Shown here: positions 12,151 through 22,627 of the stretch, piece by piece
Layout of the letters: the number at the start of each line of letters is the position of its first letter
Numbering within the stretch: the stretch's first letter is position 1
Assembly: GCA_964506945.1 (NCBI GenBank)
Contig: CAZDOC010000003.1
Span: 65,142-129,141, forward strand
Length of the DNA: 64,000 nucleotides
Origin: an uncultured Gammaproteobacteria bacterium
Lineage (GTDB): Bacteria > Pseudomonadota > Gammaproteobacteria > CAZDOC01
Direction: 5' to 3'
Translations under genes and position numbers: made by a program
Notes under the pieces: generated by a model
Databases searched by the model: none
What the model saw: only the letters and a program-made list of their open reading frames with translations
Told to the model about the DNA's origin: nothing

Positions 12151-13100
12151 GGCAGCCGCTCCGCCATGCGCAGGACCGCGCTGCGGGCGCGCGGGTTTGC
12201 CGTCAGCTCGGCCGCTCCCGGACGCACGGCCCGACCCAGCAGGCGCAGGCGGGGATGCAGTTCCGCCGCGGTAACCGGCAGGTCGGGCGGGAAGTCATCC
12301 CCGCGCGCCTGCCGGCGCAGGAAACGTTTGACGATACGGTCCTCCAGCGAGTGAAAACTGATCACCAGCAGGCGCCCACCCGGGGCAAGCACGCGCAGTG
12401 CGGCATTGAGCGCGGGCTCGATGTGCTCCAGTTCCTTGTTGAGGAAGATCCGTATCGCCTGAAAACAGCGTGTCGCCGGATGGACCCCCTGCTGCCAGGC
12501 CGGATGGGCCCTGGCGATGATCCCGGCCAGCTGGCGGGTACGGGTAAGCGGCGCCTGCGCGCGGGCCACGGCGATGGCATGGGCGATGCGTCTTGCATAG
12601 CGTTCTTCACCATAGCGTTTGAAGACCCTGGCCATATCAGCCTCACTCGTAGTCTGCAGCCATTTCCATGCCGGGACACCGGCATCCGGATCCATGCGCA
12701 TATCCAGCGGCCCATCGTGCTGGAAACTGAAACCCCGCTCCGCACTGTCGAGCTGTGGCGACGAGACCCCCAGGTCCAGCAACACCCCGTTGACCCTGCC
12801 CGCCACGCCTTCAGCGCTCGCATAGCTGTCCATGTCGCTATACAGTCCGCGCTGAAAATGAAAACGCGGATCGCTCCGGGCCAGCAACATCGCTTCCCCG
12901 GCCGCCTGCGGGTCCCGGTCCATGGCCAGCAGCCGTCCTTCGGGACCCAGACCGGCCAGGATCCCCCGGCTGTGCCCGCCGCGCCCGAAGGTGCCATCGA
13001 TATAGATGCCCCCGGGCTGCAACGCCAGGCCGGAGATCACCTCCTGTAACAATACCGGCGTATGTCCGGCGCCACGCTGCTCCCATTCACCATTGTCCAC
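12144..13100 (-). CDS. rsmH: 16S rRNA (cytosine1402-N4)-methyltransferase
   Basis: 318-aa [12 protein letters not shown]...[14 protein letters not shown]-MTase motif characteristic of RsmH/MraW. Confidence 0.92.
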   Translation of the reverse strand: MDNGEWEQRGAGHTPVLLQEVISGLALQPGGIYIDGTFGRGGHSRGILAGLGPEGRLLAMDRDPQAAGEAMLLARSDPRFHFQRGLYSDMDSYASAEGVAGRVNGVLLDLGVSSPQLDSAERGFSFQHDGPLDMRMDPDAGVPAWKWLQTTSEADMARVFKRYGEERYARRIAHAIAVARAQAPLTRTRQLAGIIARAHPAWQQGVHPATRCFQAIRIFLNKELEHIEPALNAALRVLAPGGRLLVISFHSLEDRIVKRFLRRQARGDDFPPDLPVTAAELHPRLRLLGRAVRPGAAELTANPRARSAVLRMAERLPC

Positions 13101-13108
13101 GGGCAGGC

Positions 13109-13567
13109 TTACAGCGACAGACTGCGCAAGGCCTCCGAGGCCTCTCCCCTGTCATCGTCGACTTGATCCAGCCAGGCATCGCGCTGACTCGACCAATGCC
13201 CCTCATCCCAAAGCTCGAACTTGTTACCCTGACCCAGCACCACGCATCGTTTGTCGATACCGGCGTAGTCCCGCAATTCCTGCGGCACGAGGATGCGTCC
13301 ATGGCCATCCAGCTCACAGTCACAGGCATAACCACGCATCATCTGTTTGGCGCGCCGGCTCTGCTTGTCGAAATCCGACAAGGCGCTCAACTTGGTTTCG
13401 ATGAGTTCCCATTCAGGCAGGGGATACAGCCACAGACAGCGGTCCAGTGGATTGAGGGTCAGGACCATGGCGCTCTCACACTCGACGGCAAGGCGATCGC
13501 GGTAACGGCTGGGGATCGCCAGTCGCCCCTTCACATCGAGATTGAGTGTACTGAAGCCCCTGAACAC
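13109..13567 (-). CDS. mraZ: Transcriptional regulator MraZ
   Basis: [24 protein letters not shown] tandem MraZ repeats; likely GTG start at ~13567 preceded by AAGGGG RBS (ORF track extends to 13618). Confidence 0.85.
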   Translation of the reverse strand: MFRGFSTLNLDVKGRLAIPSRYRDRLAVECESAMVLTLNPLDRCLWLYPLPEWELIETKLSALSDFDKQSRRAKQMMRGYACDCELDGHGRILVPQELRDYAGIDKRCVVLGQGNKFELWDEGHWSSQRDAWLDQVDDDRGEASEALRSLSL

Positions 13568-13593
13568 CGCCTGTACCCCTTGGATCGTTATGA

Positions 13594-13618
13594 TCCACAA
13601 AAACCCACTTTGTCCCAC
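13594..13618 (-). promoter_or_regulatory. MraZ operator: three direct repeats GTGGG-N5-GTGGG-N5-GTGGA just downstream of the Pmra -10
   Basis: Minus-strand sequence GTGGGACAAAGTGGGTTTTTGTGGA seen directly; matches the known MraZ box organisation (direct repeats of GTGGG with 5-nt spacers). Confidence 0.65.
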
Positions 13619-13626
13619 CTTGGTGA

Positions 13627-13656
13627 ACTATAGGGATCCGGAACCCGGTATGTCAA
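13627..13656 (-). promoter_or_regulatory. Pmra sigma-70 promoter (-35 TTGACA, 18-nt spacer, -10 TATAGT)
   Basis: Minus strand reads TTGACATACCGGGTTCCGGATCCCTATAGT; near-consensus hexamers about 60 nt upstream of the mraZ start. Confidence 0.65.
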
Positions 13657-13960
13657 GGAAATCAGGTGTTTTTTTGTGAACCAGTTCCCTTTCAGAACAG
13701 GGACTTAGCTTACAGATCCTCGGGAGGCTCTAATACTGCGGGGGCTATGGCCCCAGACTCTTCATTTACATCATCATGTTGCCATTGATAAGTAATAATT
13801 CACATTAAGTCCACCCCCGCTGTGCGGTCACTGCGGGAGGAATATCGGCAAGGCGCGGAAGAGATCCGCCACCAGGGGCGGCGGCGGCCGGCAAAGCCGC
13901 GTTTCCCGGGCCGGCAAGGGAACGCCCAGGGACGGACGTTTCCTTGCCGATATGGAAAAA

Positions 13961-14341
13961 ACGAGCCGGTCTGTAAGCCGGGTTCTGTACCATCCAGTGA
14001 TGGTGGCAGCCATTCATCTAGGCCGTGCGTCGCCGCACGGCTCCAGCGACCTACCCGGGGACTGGCGCGGACCACGCCATGCCGCTCATGGCGGCCCGCC
14101 CCCCTATTTGGTCTTGCTCCGGGTGGGGTTTACCCTGCCACCGGCGTTGGCCGGCGCGGTGCGCTCTTACCGCACCTTTTCACCCTTGCCGGCATGCCCG
14201 GGGGCATGCGTAGGCGGTATGTTTTCTGTGGCACTTTCCGTGGGCTCACGCCCCCCAGGCGTTACCTGGCACCCTGTCCTGTGGAGCCCGGACTTTCCTC
14301 TGTATCGAATCAAGGATACAGCGACTGCCCGACCGACTCGG
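13961..14341 (-). ncRNA. rnpB: RNase P RNA, bacterial type A (M1 RNA)
   Basis: Minus strand contains GGAAAGTCCGGGCTCC, AGGGTGCCAGGTAACGCCTGGGGGGCGTGAGCC, GGTGAAAAGGTGCGGTAAGAGCGCACC, CTAGATGAATGGCTGCCAC, ACAGAACCCGGCTTACAG. P1 can form between 5' GAGTCGGTC and 3' GACCGGCTC. Ends in a U-tract. Ends approximate (+/-5 nt). Confidence 0.9.
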
Positions 14342-14395
14342 GAGGGAGTGTCGGGCCTGGCGGGGATTTTTTCAAGCGCTTTGCGGATGGACCGC

Positions 14396-15241
14396 TCACG
14401 GATCCTGTTTCAAGGCCAGCGCCAGCTGGTACAGACTGTTCCTGCGCCCACCGACGATCTCAGCCGCGGCCGAGGCCGCCTGCCCGGCGGGCAGATGTCC
14501 CAGCAGGATGCGCAGCACACGTTCATCCTCGCGGGCATCCTGCGCCTGTTCGCCGGCACCCTCCACCAGCACCACGATCTCCCCGCGGCCGCGGTTCTCA
14601 TCGGCCCGCAGCCAGTCCTGCAGCGCCGCCAGGGTATCGCAGTGTACACTCTCGTGGATCTTGGTCAGTTCCCGCGCGACGCAGACCCGGCGCCCGTCGC
14701 CAAAGACCTCGGCGAGCGTGCCCAGCATCGGCAGCAGCCGATGTGGCGCCTCATAGAATATCAGCGTGCGCGACTCATCCACCAGCCCCTCCAGCCGCGT
14801 CCGGCGGGCGGCCTCCCTGGCCGGCAGGAACCCTTCGAAGCAAAAACGGTCGGAAGGCAGACCGGATACCGACAGCGCCGCAATCAGGGCGCAGGGTCCG
14901 GGTATGGCCCGGACCGGGATCCCCCGCGACCGCAATCCGCGCAACAGACGGAAACCCGGATCACTGATCAATGGGGTACCGGCATCCGAGATCAGCGCCA
15001 GGCTCCCCCCCGCCTGCAATTGCGCCGGCAGGGTTTCGCAGAGCGCGGCCTCGTTGTGTTCGTGGCAGGCACGCATGGGCGTGGTAATGCCATAATGGCG
15101 CAACAAACGCGCACTGTGACGGGTATCCTCGGCCAGTATCTGATCCACCTGACCGAGTACCGCCACGGCGCGGGGACTCATATCCTCGAGGTTGCCGATG
15201 GGCGTCGCCACCACATACAAAACCCCTTTCTCAATTGACAC
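14396..15241 (-). CDS. rsmI: 16S rRNA (cytidine1402-2'-O)-methyltransferase
   Basis: 281-aa tetrapyrrole-methylase-fold protein (VLYVVATPIGNLEDMSPRA...LISDAGTP); likely GTG start. The 981-aa ORF 14396..17341 in the track is an antisense read-through artefact across lpoA. Confidence 0.85.
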   Translation of the reverse strand: MSIEKGVLYVVATPIGNLEDMSPRAVAVLGQVDQILAEDTRHSARLLRHYGITTPMRACHEHNEAALCETLPAQLQAGGSLALISDAGTPLISDPGFRLLRGLRSRGIPVRAIPGPCALIAALSVSGLPSDRFCFEGFLPAREAARRTRLEGLVDESRTLIFYEAPHRLLPMLGTLAEVFGDGRRVCVARELTKIHESVHCDTLAALQDWLRADENRGRGEIVVLVEGAGEQAQDAREDERVLRILLGHLPAGQAASAAAEIVGGRRNSLYQLALALKQDP

Positions 15242-15310
15242 CTGACACCGCCCCCCCGGATACTGTGAAGCCTGCTGATATCGCTGCCGTAATACCGTAA
15301 AGAGGACATT

Positions 15311-17241
15311 ATGCCGTTTCCCTACCGCTTGCCACCACCGCGGACCCTGCTGACCCTTGCCGCCCTGATCGGCATGGCCCTGCTGCTCGCCGCCTGTGGC
15401 CCCGAGACCACGGTGAAGCCACAACAGGTGACCGCGCCTGCGGACGCCAGGGCCTGGCGACTCCTGCAACAGGGACAGCCGGCGGCGGCCGCCGCGGCCT
15501 TCATGGCCCTGGCGGCCAGCAGTGATGCCGGGCTGGCGCGAGGCTATCGCCTGCATGCGGCGGACGCCTTCCTGCAGGCCGGTGACATGGACAATGCCGA
15601 CAAGACCCTGAGTGCCCTGTCCGATGAGGGACTGACACCCGCGCAGAGCGCGCTGCGCGCCCTGCTTCGGGGAGAGATCCAGGTTCAGCGCCATCGCCCC
15701 AGGGAAGCCCTGGAAACGATACGCCCGCTGGACCCGAAACAGCTGCCCCCCCCCCTGCAGGCGCGTCTCCATCGCCTCCGCGCCGCGGCCTATGATGCCA
15801 TGGGCAATGCCCTGGAGAGCGCCCGCGCGCGGGTCGCCCTGGATCGATACCTGTCCACCGAGGCCGAACACGAGGCCAACAATGCCGCCATCTGGGCCGA
15901 TCTGAAGCGCATCAGACCCAAGGTCCTTAGCGAACTCCTGCCCGCCAGGGCCGATACCCTCTCCGGCTGGATGGAACTGTCCATCATCGCCCGCACCGAT
16001 GTCCTCGATACGAAGCTCTTCGCCGAGGCCATCTCCAGCTGGCAACAGCGATATCCGCAACACCCGGGGATGCGCTCGCTGGTCTCGAAACTGACCGAAA
16101 CCAGCAAGATACTCGATGTCAGCCCGGCCAGCCTGGCCCTGCTGCTGCCCTCCAGCGGCCGCTTCGCCGGTGCCGCCGCGGCCATCCGTGACGGCTTTCT
16201 GAGCGCCTGGTACACGGATCCCAGGGCGGACAAGCCGCCCATCAGGATCTATGATGCCAATGCCGCGAATATCGATTCCGTCTATCGGCAGGCCGTCGAT
16301 GACGGCGCGGAACTGATCGTCGGCCCCCTGGACAAGGCCGCGGTCGAATCCCTGGCCGCACGCAGCGAACTGCCGCTGCTGACCCTGGCCCTGAACCAGG
16401 TCGACAGGCCCAGCAACAGCAAGGCCGCTGACCCTCGACACCGGCTGCTGCAATTCGCCCTGGCCCCGGAGGACGAGGCCCGCCAGGTGGCCGAGCGCGC
16501 CTGGTTCGATGGTTATATCAACGCCCTGGCCCTCACCCCCGAGGGCGAGTGGGGACAGCGGGTCATCAAGGCCTTCAGTGACCGCTGGCTGGAACTCGGA
16601 GGCAAGCTGCTGTCTCAACAGGGTTTCAAGCCCGGGGCCGCGGATCTGTCGGCACCGGTCAAGCGCCTGCTGGGCATCGATGCCAGCGAGCGCCGCCGCA
16701 AACGCCTGCAGGCCAGCCTGGGGGAAAAACTGAAATTCGAGGTGCGCCGGCGCCAGGATGTGGATTTCGTCTTCATGGCCGCATTCCCGCGCGACGCCCG
16801 CCAGCTCCGCCCGCTGTTGCGTTTCTTTCACGCCAGCCAGGTGCCGGTGTACGCCACCTCGCAGGTATTCAGTGGCAAGCCGGATGCCGAGGCCGATCGG
16901 GATCTGAACGGCTTGATCTTCGCCGACATGCCCTGGGTGATCGATCATGGTGGCGGCTCGCCAGCCCTCTATCATCAGATCCAGCGTGACTGGCCGGACA
17001 CCGCCGCACGTTACACACGCCTCTATGCCCTGGGCATCGATGCCTATGGCCTGATCCCGCACCTGGGCCGCCTGCAGGTCAATGACTATGCCAGCTATGA
17101 AGGCGAGACCGGCAGCCTGAGCATGGATGCCGGCGGCCATGTCCACCGGCAGCTGAGCTGGGCGCGGTTCCAGGATGGCCTGCCGGTACCCCTGGCCGCG
17201 GAGGCTGCATCCAGCCCCCTGCTGAGCGCCAGGCTGCCCCG

Positions 17242-17245
<4 letters not shown>
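15311..17245 (+). CDS. lpoA: Penicillin-binding protein activator LpoA (lipoprotein)
   Basis: 644 aa with lipoprotein signal (LLLAACGP), N-terminal TPR-like region and C-terminal periplasmic-binding-like domain; conserved rsmI-lpoA-yraN-diaA-dolP synteny. Confidence 0.8.
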
Positions 17246-18257
<1,012 letters not shown>

Positions 18258-18258
18258 C

Positions 18259-18867
18259 ATGGCAGCTTCCCGGATAGCGTACCTGATCCTCATCGGCCTC
18301 ATCGCCGGCCAGCTCGGCGGCTGTATCGGGGCCGTGGCCACGGGCACCGCGGTGGGGATCTCCGTGGCGCACGACCGACGTACCGCGGGCACCGTACTCG
18401 ATGACGAGGGCATCGAACTCAAGGCCCTGCGGCTGGTCTTCGAGGACAAGGAGCTGCGTGAACAGACCCACATCAATGTCACCAGCTACAACCTGCAGGT
18501 ACTGGTCACCGGCGAGGCGCCGACCCGGGAACTGATGGATCGTCTCATCGACGGGATCCGGCGCATCCCCAAGGTGCGCAAGGTCTATAACGAGATCGCC
18601 ATCGCCGCGCCCAGCGCCCTGGTCTCCCGCTCCAGCGATTCCCTGCTCACCACCAAGGTAAAGACCAGACTGTTCACCATCAAGAATTTCGATGCCACGC
18701 GGGTCAAGGTGGTCACGGAGCGGGGCGTCGTCTATCTGATGGGACTGGTCAGCGCACAGGAGGCCGAGGCGGCGACCGAGGCGGCGCGTCAGGTGGGAGG
18801 GGTTCTGAAAGTGGTGAAACTGTTCGAACTCGTCGATCTCGAGCCCGCATCAAACGCAACGGAATGA
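18259..18867 (+). CDS. dolP: Dual BON-domain outer-membrane lipoprotein DolP/YraP
   Basis: About 200 aa with lipobox (LGGC) and two BON-like repeats; start at MAASRIAYLIL. Confidence 0.75.
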   Translation: MAASRIAYLILIGLIAGQLGGCIGAVATGTAVGISVAHDRRTAGTVLDDEGIELKALRLVFEDKELREQTHINVTSYNLQVLVTGEAPTRELMDRLIDGIRRIPKVRKVYNEIAIAAPSALVSRSSDSLLTTKVKTRLFTIKNFDATRVKVVTERGVVYLMGLVSAQEAEAATEAARQVGGVLKVVKLFELVDLEPASNATE

Positions 18868-18930
18868 GTTTGCCCCGCCGGGGATGATCACGTTCGCACT
18901 TCAGCTCCGACATCCGTTCGTCCGAAGCCG

Positions 18931-20193
18931 CTATTCCACGCCGTCGATGACCAGATTACGCCATTCACTGGTGGCGATACCCACCCCGTTTTTGTCTATG
19001 GCGACAACACGCCAGCGCAAGGCATCCCCGGCATATCGCTGCAGCCAGGGCGGCGCCCTGTAGCTGGACCCGGTGGACTTGACGATCGCCGACAACACGG
19101 GCCCCTGGTCATTGACCAGCTCCAGCTTGTAGAAGGCCGTATCGGGGTGGTTGATCCAGGTGAATTCCAGTTTCGTGGGGAGGATCCGGGCATCGCTACC
19201 CGGCAGCATCAAGCCGATCCGGCCCCTGGCCACCGGGCGGTCCAAGGCTTCCTCCTCCGTTCCCACATAATAGCGGAGTACCGGCAGCGGGAAACCGGCC
19301 ACCCCTCCGCTGACCGCAACACCCGCCAGGGTGTTTGAATCGCCTTCCTTGTCGTCCGTGGCCTCTATGCGCAGCAGGACACGGTACAGGCCACCGCCGT
19401 CCGTGGTCGGCCTGATACGTCTGGGTCCCGGCAGATAATAGCGACCCGTCGGGGGCAGAAACACTTCGAACCGCTCCAGCAAGGTATATCGTTTTTGCGT
19501 GCCCCGCTGTTCCACGGGTAATGTCGCCTCGGTCAACAGATCGCGCGTACTGGGCTCCGCGTCACCGGGATAGACCAGTTCCCAGCGGCCCTTCAGACGC
19601 CCGCTACCGTTATAGCGGATATCGGCCCCGAAATCGGGCAACGGCTCGCCGGTTCCAACGGCCAGGATGGCCTTGTCCCCGCCCTTGGCCGCGAAGCTGA
19701 TCTTCACGTCGGTCAGGGCGAAGGGCACCCTGGCGCCTCCTCCCGCCATCCTGCAGGTCACGGTGACAAAGGTATCGACCCCACCATTGCGGAATTGCCG
19801 GACGTAGAAGAATTCCGACGAATTGCCCCGCAAGGCCTCCTGGAATGCCCGCCTGGTGACGGAATCGGGGATGGTCATGATGTCGGTGAAATTTTTCACT
19901 CCCCCGGTACCACTCACCGTGGACTGGTCGTTGCGCAGGGGCAGACTGCCGAAGATCGTTCCCGGAACACAGGGATTGAAGCCGAGCACGCCGGTTGCGG
20001 TGACATCGCCACACCAGAAGGCGGCAACGGCCCGTTCCCCCGCCGCCAGTCCCTGGAAGGTTATGAATACCGTCGTCGGGCCATGAGAACTGACATTGAC
20101 GCCGGTCGGGTTTCGACCGGTTATGGCGTCTGCCGCCGACGCCAGCAGCCACAGACAGACAATGAGTAAAGTGCGATATTTAGGTGCCATCAC
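18931..20193 (-). CDS. Hypothetical secreted protein (420 aa, cleavable signal peptide), translationally coupled to the upstream beta-barrel gene
   Basis: Long ORF with N-terminal signal (MAPKYRTLLIVCLWLLASAADA); only 11 nt separate it from the preceding stop; no family recognised. Confidence 0.6.
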   Translation of the reverse strand: MMAPKYRTLLIVCLWLLASAADAITGRNPTGVNVSSHGPTTVFITFQGLAAGERAVAAFWCGDVTATGVLGFNPCVPGTIFGSLPLRNDQSTVSGTGGVKNFTDIMTIPDSVTRRAFQEALRGNSSEFFYVRQFRNGGVDTFVTVTCRMAGGGARVPFALTDVKISFAAKGGDKAILAVGTGEPLPDFGADIRYNGSGRLKGRWELVYPGDAEPSTRDLLTEATLPVEQRGTQKRYTLLERFEVFLPPTGRYYLPGPRRIRPTTDGGGLYRVLLRIEATDDKEGDSNTLAGVAVSGGVAGFPLPVLRYYVGTEEEALDRPVARGRIGLMLPGSDARILPTKLEFTWINHPDTAFYKLELVNDQGPVLSAIVKSTGSSYRAPPWLQRYAGDALRWRVVAIDKNGVGIATSEWRNLVIDGVE

Positions 20194-20204
20194 AGGGTTC
20201 CGGA

Positions 20205-22508
20205 TTAGAACAGGCTGATACTCAGACCTGAATTGACCGACCAGGTTCTGGCCGAACTCGAAAAGCCAAAGCTGTTATCGAGACTTTCACTCTCCTGAAA
20301 GGTGTAGCGGACAAACAGCGAGCCCGGGATTTTCCGCTCACCTATGGATGGCAGGGCAAAACTCCAGTTGAGCTGGGCCTGGCCATTGTTGTCCATACGC
20401 TGGGCGATCGACAGATCATCATCCTGGCGGGTATGGGTAAAGTTTGCATTCAGCGACCAGTTCTCCAGAAAGCGCCAGTCCAGCCCGGTATTGACCGTAT
20501 TGGTATGGCTGACGTTACCCGCTGCGATATCCTTGTTATCGACCATGGAGTAGGACACATTCAGGTTGAGCCGATCCAGGGGATTGATGGAGATGGAGAA
20601 GTCGTTACCGAAATTGCGGAAATCGTTCAGTGTACGTCCGACCTGCTGATTGTCCTGCCAGGAATTGGAATAGGTATAAGCGGCCGACCAGCGGGGACCG
20701 GACCAGTTAAGCCCCAGGCGCTGGTCCCGGTTGAACTGTTTCGGCAGATGACTGCCGCCATTGAAACCGCTCAGGGCGCCAGTCGGATTGTTGCCCGCCT
20801 TCTGGCGTACCTCGTTGACGGAATAGGTGGCATTGGGGATCAGGTACTGCACCAGCCCCGGAGGCCGGAATATCGTACCCAGCGGCACATTCAGGTTCAT
20901 TGACCGGGTGTAGGTCTTGGTCCGCAGCAGGGTCGGTATGTTATCGACATTGTCATGCGTATCGACATAGACATACTGCAGTGAAACACTGTTGATGGAG
21001 GCGCTGAGACTGTACTGGTCCTTGACCACATCGGGAGTGACGAAGGCGCCTATCGAGCGGTACAGGGCATCGGCCTGGTCGCGCCGGTATCCCAGCGTCA
21101 GGCTGACCTGATATCCCTCTGCCGGCGAATACTGCCGCAACAGATCGTAGGCCACATCCGTGGAATAGGCGCTGTCGGCTTCCCGCTTCACGGGCAGGGC
21201 ATTGCCGTTGGGATCGATCACTGGATCGGCGGGGTTGACATAGTTGCTGCGGGCAAAGAGGACACTGCCACGCAAACGTCCGCCGGGCGTGCTCCCCGAC
21301 AGGGTGACGCCATAACCATCACTTTGCTCTGCATCGACCACTTCCCCGATATTGAAGTTGGTCTCGTTCCTTTTCGAGGCTGTCATATAGGACACCTCCG
21401 CCCGCAACCCGCCGGGACGGTCCTTGATGAACTCGAGCCCGACCGTGCCCGCGGTGATATTGTGCTTGCCGAGGTCCCGCAACCCGAAGAAATTGTTGAA
21501 CCCGACGATACTCGTGGCATTCATTGTATTGAACGAGGCATCGAGCCGATCGCTGAAGCGGTGATACAGGACCAGTCCACGGCTGGCGACATTGTTGATG
21601 AGCAGGGGGTTGCCGCCGTAGCTGATGTGCCCCAATTGCAGGCGGCTGTCGCCTTTCTGCACATCGATCAGGTAATCGTTCATGTCATACTTCGGCGCCC
21701 GCCCGCCCAGTTCGCCAAATCGCAGGGCCTGCTGGCGGTTGGAGAAGCCTGAGAGATTGATCGAGGTGTCTATCACCAGGTCCCCACGGCTATGCCGGGT
21801 GACCAGTCCGGCCTGGATCTCGGTATCCTTGAAGGTACGCCGCCTGGGGCGGGGCGCGTCTTTCTCGAAGGAAAAATGATTCCGGGTATTGACGGAAACA
21901 TCCAGCCTGGGGGCAATCTCGGCTTGCTCGAAACCGGATCCCGTCAACACCCGCAGGGGCCGCCTGGCCAGTTCCTGCCAGTCCTCCGGTCCCCTGGCCA
22001 GATACACGATCAACTCGTGCGCCCCTGGGGACAGCGCCACCACGCCCCCGGGGTAGACCAGATCCGCCTCGCCCCTGATCCTGAACAGGGCGGACATGTC
22101 GATATTATCGACGAAGACCTTGAGAAAGCCCTCCGCCGGATCCGGGATGCGATCGAAACCCAGGCTGATGCCATCGCTGACCGCGAGCCACTTGTCGTCA
22201 GCGAAATTCGTGGCCTTGAGCATGACCGGGACAGCCGCCGGGGCGGCGTCCACCATCGCCTCCGCGGGGGTCTCATCATCAGGGAAGTCCATGCCCTCGA
22301 AGGCATTATCGAGGTCATCGCCGCCGGCATCGGGCGCCGCCTCACCCTGCGCGTCCGTGGCCGTCGGCGTTTCCGCCGGGATCACGACATCGTCGAAGGC
22401 GTCATCGAAGACAGCGCTGTCCGCGGCGGCAAGCGGCGCAGCGAAGCAGGCGAGGATGGCACCGATCAGCAGCATGCCGTGGAGACCGACGACTTTCAGA
22501 AGCCGCAT
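20205..22508 (-). CDS. Large outer-membrane beta-barrel protein with acidic N-terminal extension (uncharacterised)
   Basis: Signal peptide MRLLKVVGLHGMLLIGAILACFAAPLAAA; Asp/Glu-rich about 90-aa segment; then about 550 aa of alternating Y/F/W-rich strands ending ...NSGLSISLF (C-terminal Phe typical of OMPs). The track ORF extends to 22631 but the signal-peptide Met is at 22508. Confidence 0.65.
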   Translation of the reverse strand: MRLLKVVGLHGMLLIGAILACFAAPLAAADSAVFDDAFDDVVIPAETPTATDAQGEAAPDAGGDDLDNAFEGMDFPDDETPAEAMVDAAPAAVPVMLKATNFADDKWLAVSDGISLGFDRIPDPAEGFLKVFVDNIDMSALFRIRGEADLVYPGGVVALSPGAHELIVYLARGPEDWQELARRPLRVLTGSGFEQAEIAPRLDVSVNTRNHFSFEKDAPRPRRRTFKDTEIQAGLVTRHSRGDLVIDTSINLSGFSNRQQALRFGELGGRAPKYDMNDYLIDVQKGDSRLQLGHISYGGNPLLINNVASRGLVLYHRFSDRLDASFNTMNATSIVGFNNFFGLRDLGKHNITAGTVGLEFIKDRPGGLRAEVSYMTASKRNETNFNIGEVVDAEQSDGYGVTLSGSTPGGRLRGSVLFARSNYVNPADPVIDPNGNALPVKREADSAYSTDVAYDLLRQYSPAEGYQVSLTLGYRRDQADALYRSIGAFVTPDVVKDQYSLSASINSVSLQYVYVDTHDNVDNIPTLLRTKTYTRSMNLNVPLGTIFRPPGLVQYLIPNATYSVNEVRQKAGNNPTGALSGFNGGSHLPKQFNRDQRLGLNWSGPRWSAAYTYSNSWQDNQQVGRTLNDFRNFGNDFSISINPLDRLNLNVSYSMVDNKDIAAGNVSHTNTVNTGLDWRFLENWSLNANFTHTRQDDDLSIAQRMDNNGQAQLNWSFALPSIGERKIPGSLFVRYTFQESESLDNSFGFSSSARTWSVNSGLSISLF

Positions 22509-22627
22509 GAAGCATCCGGTCACCTCCACCGCCCCTGACCTCCCAATAAAACACTGGGCATTTCTGTGATATTCATTATGAAAGAGCGATATTCTCTTGA
22601 TTGTTCTTATATGGCAATGCCGGCAGA

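Noticed and set aside
13800-14400. Several short ORFs (13805..14017, 13800..14075, 14025..14213) over the rnpB locus
   Set aside because: The region is fully explained by the RNase P RNA on the minus strand. ORFs are short and have no coding signal
18868-18930. Possible bidirectional terminator (GCCCCGCCGGGG) between convergent dolP and the 420-aa gene
   Set aside because: Stem is only 4-5 bp with a 1-2 nt loop and there is no U-tract; too weak to call
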